This document shows positions 62,198 through 64,000 of a DNA stretch of 64,000 nt, piece by piece. Each line of letters begins with the position of its first letter. The first letter of the stretch is position 1. The stretch is from assembly GCA_965203315.1 (NCBI GenBank), contig CBDBCE010000004.1, forward strand, positions 128,001 to 192,000, written 5' to 3'. This DNA is from Nitrosopumilus sp. (GTDB taxonomy: Archaea > Thermoproteota > Nitrososphaeria > Nitrososphaerales > Nitrosopumilaceae). The position numbers and the translations under genes were made by a program. The notes under the pieces are model-generated. The model was not told the origin of the DNA and ran no database searches. It was given only the letters and a program-made list of their open reading frames with translations.

Positions 62198-63113
62198 TCT
62201 CATTTTCAAGTCGTTTGAGCCGTCTAGATTCTATAACTATCACAACTAGAATAAACCCAAAGAGCCATGGCAAAAACATTATCTCTCCTGCAATTTTGTG
62301 ATACTCTTCCCACGCAACAGGATCTGTTGTAACTTTGAGTGCATACCATGATAGTGAAAATATTCTGATTAGATTCACAATGACGGTTCCAACAATGCCG
62401 ATCAGAAAGTAAATGATCTTGCGACGTCTCTGTATGTTCATCTTTAGCATAAATGCTCCTATAACTAGTGAGAATATTATGATGCTATGTACTCCTGCTG
62501 ATGGCCAAAATACTTGAAGTGCCATAGAACCATGTTCACCACGTAGGAACATTATGTTATCTCGTGCAATGGCGGTTCCAAGATCTAGTGTTGTAATGAC
62601 CCAGACATTTGTTTGTACAAAGTATGGTACAACGTATTGTAGTGGTCCAAGTGTATCGTATGGAAAGAATGCATCCAGAGATAATATTATTGCAGTTCCT
62701 GACAAGAATATCGGAGCTGCCGGAGCAATCCGTATCCAACGTCTACCAAAGAGTATGGTTAGCGCAGAGACCACAAAGATTGACATTATTACATAGTCCC
62801 ACATCCATGTCCATGAATCAATCAATTGAACATCAAAGTTTACTGCACTAGATACGATATAGTCGCGCAGACCATACTCTAGTGTTGTTAGATATGCGAT
62901 GGTACCAAGCACAAACGGTATAATGTACACTAGACGCTGTTTGGATATTACAAGTCGGAGTCCAACCATCTCTGCTATCAAAAAGACAAGTCCAAAGAGA
63001 TAGCCTCCTCGACCCTCATTCCAACTCCATGCAATGGACTCTGGGAATGCAACAATTGCGTATGTGATTGGAGTAGAAGCTAAAATGATACCTAGTATGA
63101 GACTCGGATGCAT
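62184..63113 (-). CDS. Thaumarchaeosortase
   Basis: Multi-TM; SWNEGRGG, VFWPSAGVHS (Ser in place of Cys), NLIRI, EYH. Confidence 0.85.
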   Translation of the reverse strand: MHPSLILGIILASTPITYAIVAFPESIAWSWNEGRGGYLFGLVFLIAEMVGLRLVISKQRLVYIIPFVLGTIAYLTTLEYGLRDYIVSSAVNFDVQLIDSWTWMWDYVIMSIFVVSALTILFGRRWIRIAPAAPIFLSGTAIILSLDAFFPYDTLGPLQYVVPYFVQTNVWVITTLDLGTAIARDNIMFLRGEHGSMALQVFWPSAGVHSIIIFSLVIGAFMLKMNIQRRRKIIYFLIGIVGTVIVNLIRIFSLSWYALKVTTDPVAWEEYHKIAGEIMFLPWLFGFILVVIVIESRRLKRLENETKNI

Positions 63114-63250
63114 GTGTTTGTCAATATGATGGACAAATAAATAGATCAAGTTTAGTCCAACACTTTTTTGATCTTGGTTGGTGGGATTGGTGTCACATTA
63201 ATGTCCCTATGAATGTCCCTATGAATGAAATGCATTCAATCTGTAACTGT

Positions 63251-63730
63251 TTATTGGTGAATCTGACATTGGCTTTGAATGGAGCGAACTGTGGTAAAGT
63301 ATGATATGATCAAGATTATGATCGACGCTACTCTGATTGGAATCTCATAAAATGTTAAAAGCGCAGTCGCTGTAGCTCCTATAGAACCAAAGGTCGAGAT
63401 TATTGTAAAACCGACAGGTCCGCAACTACACAATCCAGCAACCGCTCCTATAGTTGATCCTAGTATTCCGCCACTCATCTTTTGTTTGGATGTACGCATA
63501 GTCTTGATTCTGTATATGTTCATAGGAATGACTAGACCCGCTAGTACTCCTAGTGTTATTATTAATATGAAACCAATCTCAGAGCCTGGTGGTACATGAC
63601 CTATCAAGAATGGTTCTATGAATATGTACTCTGATAATAAAAGCAACGTTACTGTCATGCTAACAAATATCGTCACAGCTAGAGTTAGATATGTAAAGTT
63701 GGAGAACACTAGATGTATGATCATGGTCAT
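63251..63730 (-). CDS. Membrane protein with CxC motif
   Basis: Four hydrophobic segments, GLCSCGP; coupled to DsbA gene. Confidence 0.7.
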   Translation of the reverse strand: MTMIIHLVFSNFTYLTLAVTIFVSMTVTLLLLSEYIFIEPFLIGHVPPGSEIGFILIITLGVLAGLVIPMNIYRIKTMRTSKQKMSGGILGSTIGAVAGLCSCGPVGFTIISTFGSIGATATALLTFYEIPIRVASIIILIISYFTTVRSIQSQCQIHQ

Positions 63731-64000
63731 TTAGATCATGTCGTCCACTATCTGCTTAAAGACCTGGAATGGTTGTGCACCAGAGATCTGTTCTTGACTA
63801 TTTGGTCCAACAATTATGAATCCTGGTGTACCACTTATGCCGTGTTTCTTTGCTTGCTGACTATTGTATCTGACATCCTTTAGATACTTTTTTGAATCCA
63901 AACAAGAATTAAACATGTCCGTGTCTAGATTCATCGAAAACGCAAATGCCTTTAGTCTCTCAGAACTTGCCCAACCGTTGTCGATCTTTGGTTCCTGAGA
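63731..64000 (-). CDS. DsbA-family thioredoxin-fold protein (5' truncated by window)
   Basis: FNSCLDS..GISGTPGF..ISGAQPF. Confidence 0.85.
   Translation of the reverse strand, partial: SQEPKIDNGWASSERLKAFAFSMNLDTDMFNSCLDSKKYLKDVRYNSQQAKKHGISGTPGFIIVGPNSQEQISGAQPFQVFKQIVDDMI

Noticed and set aside
1984-62851. Numerous antisense and overlapping ORFs in the track (e.g. 3649..4131, 9669..10103, 46823..47233, 52563..52970)
   Set aside because: Shadow frames of well-supported genes on the opposite strand

Overview
64-kb fragment of an ammonia-oxidising archaeon (Nitrososphaerota, Nitrosopumilaceae-like). The assignment rests on archaeal nirK, thaumarchaeosortase, a divergent FtsZ, FBP aldolase/phosphatase, 3-hydroxybutyryl-CoA dehydrogenase, tuf-rpsJ-rpoP, L39e/L31e, TFB and an intron-containing tRNA-Val. 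Core gene blocks are broken up by small accessory islands (about 10.1-15.7, 20.3-21.5, 27.2-28.5, 34.3-35.2, 40.7-43.2 and 46.0-47.0 kb). These islands contain two MITE families (a 140-bp type with 16-bp TIRs and 3-bp TSDs, and a ~115-bp type with GGATCTTTTCGATTTA ends), IS481/IS6/IS5 remnants, several toxin-antitoxin-like pairs and secreted-protein gene pairs. Three observations stand out. First, a two-gene module (39-44-aa peptide plus a RelE-fold-like protein) is present twice, once as the sole recognisable cargo of a transposase-less IS6-type element with an 8-bp TSD. Second, a PIN nuclease and a CARF-like wHTH (DUF6293) regulator form a divergent pair with ATACTA repeats between them. Third, an intact IS481-derived ORF has all three DDE residues substituted. 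Heavy MITE load, pseudogenes and a duplicated amino-acid-binding protein suggest, by inference, a host-associated lineage. All family assignments come from motif recognition by eye; no database searches were run.
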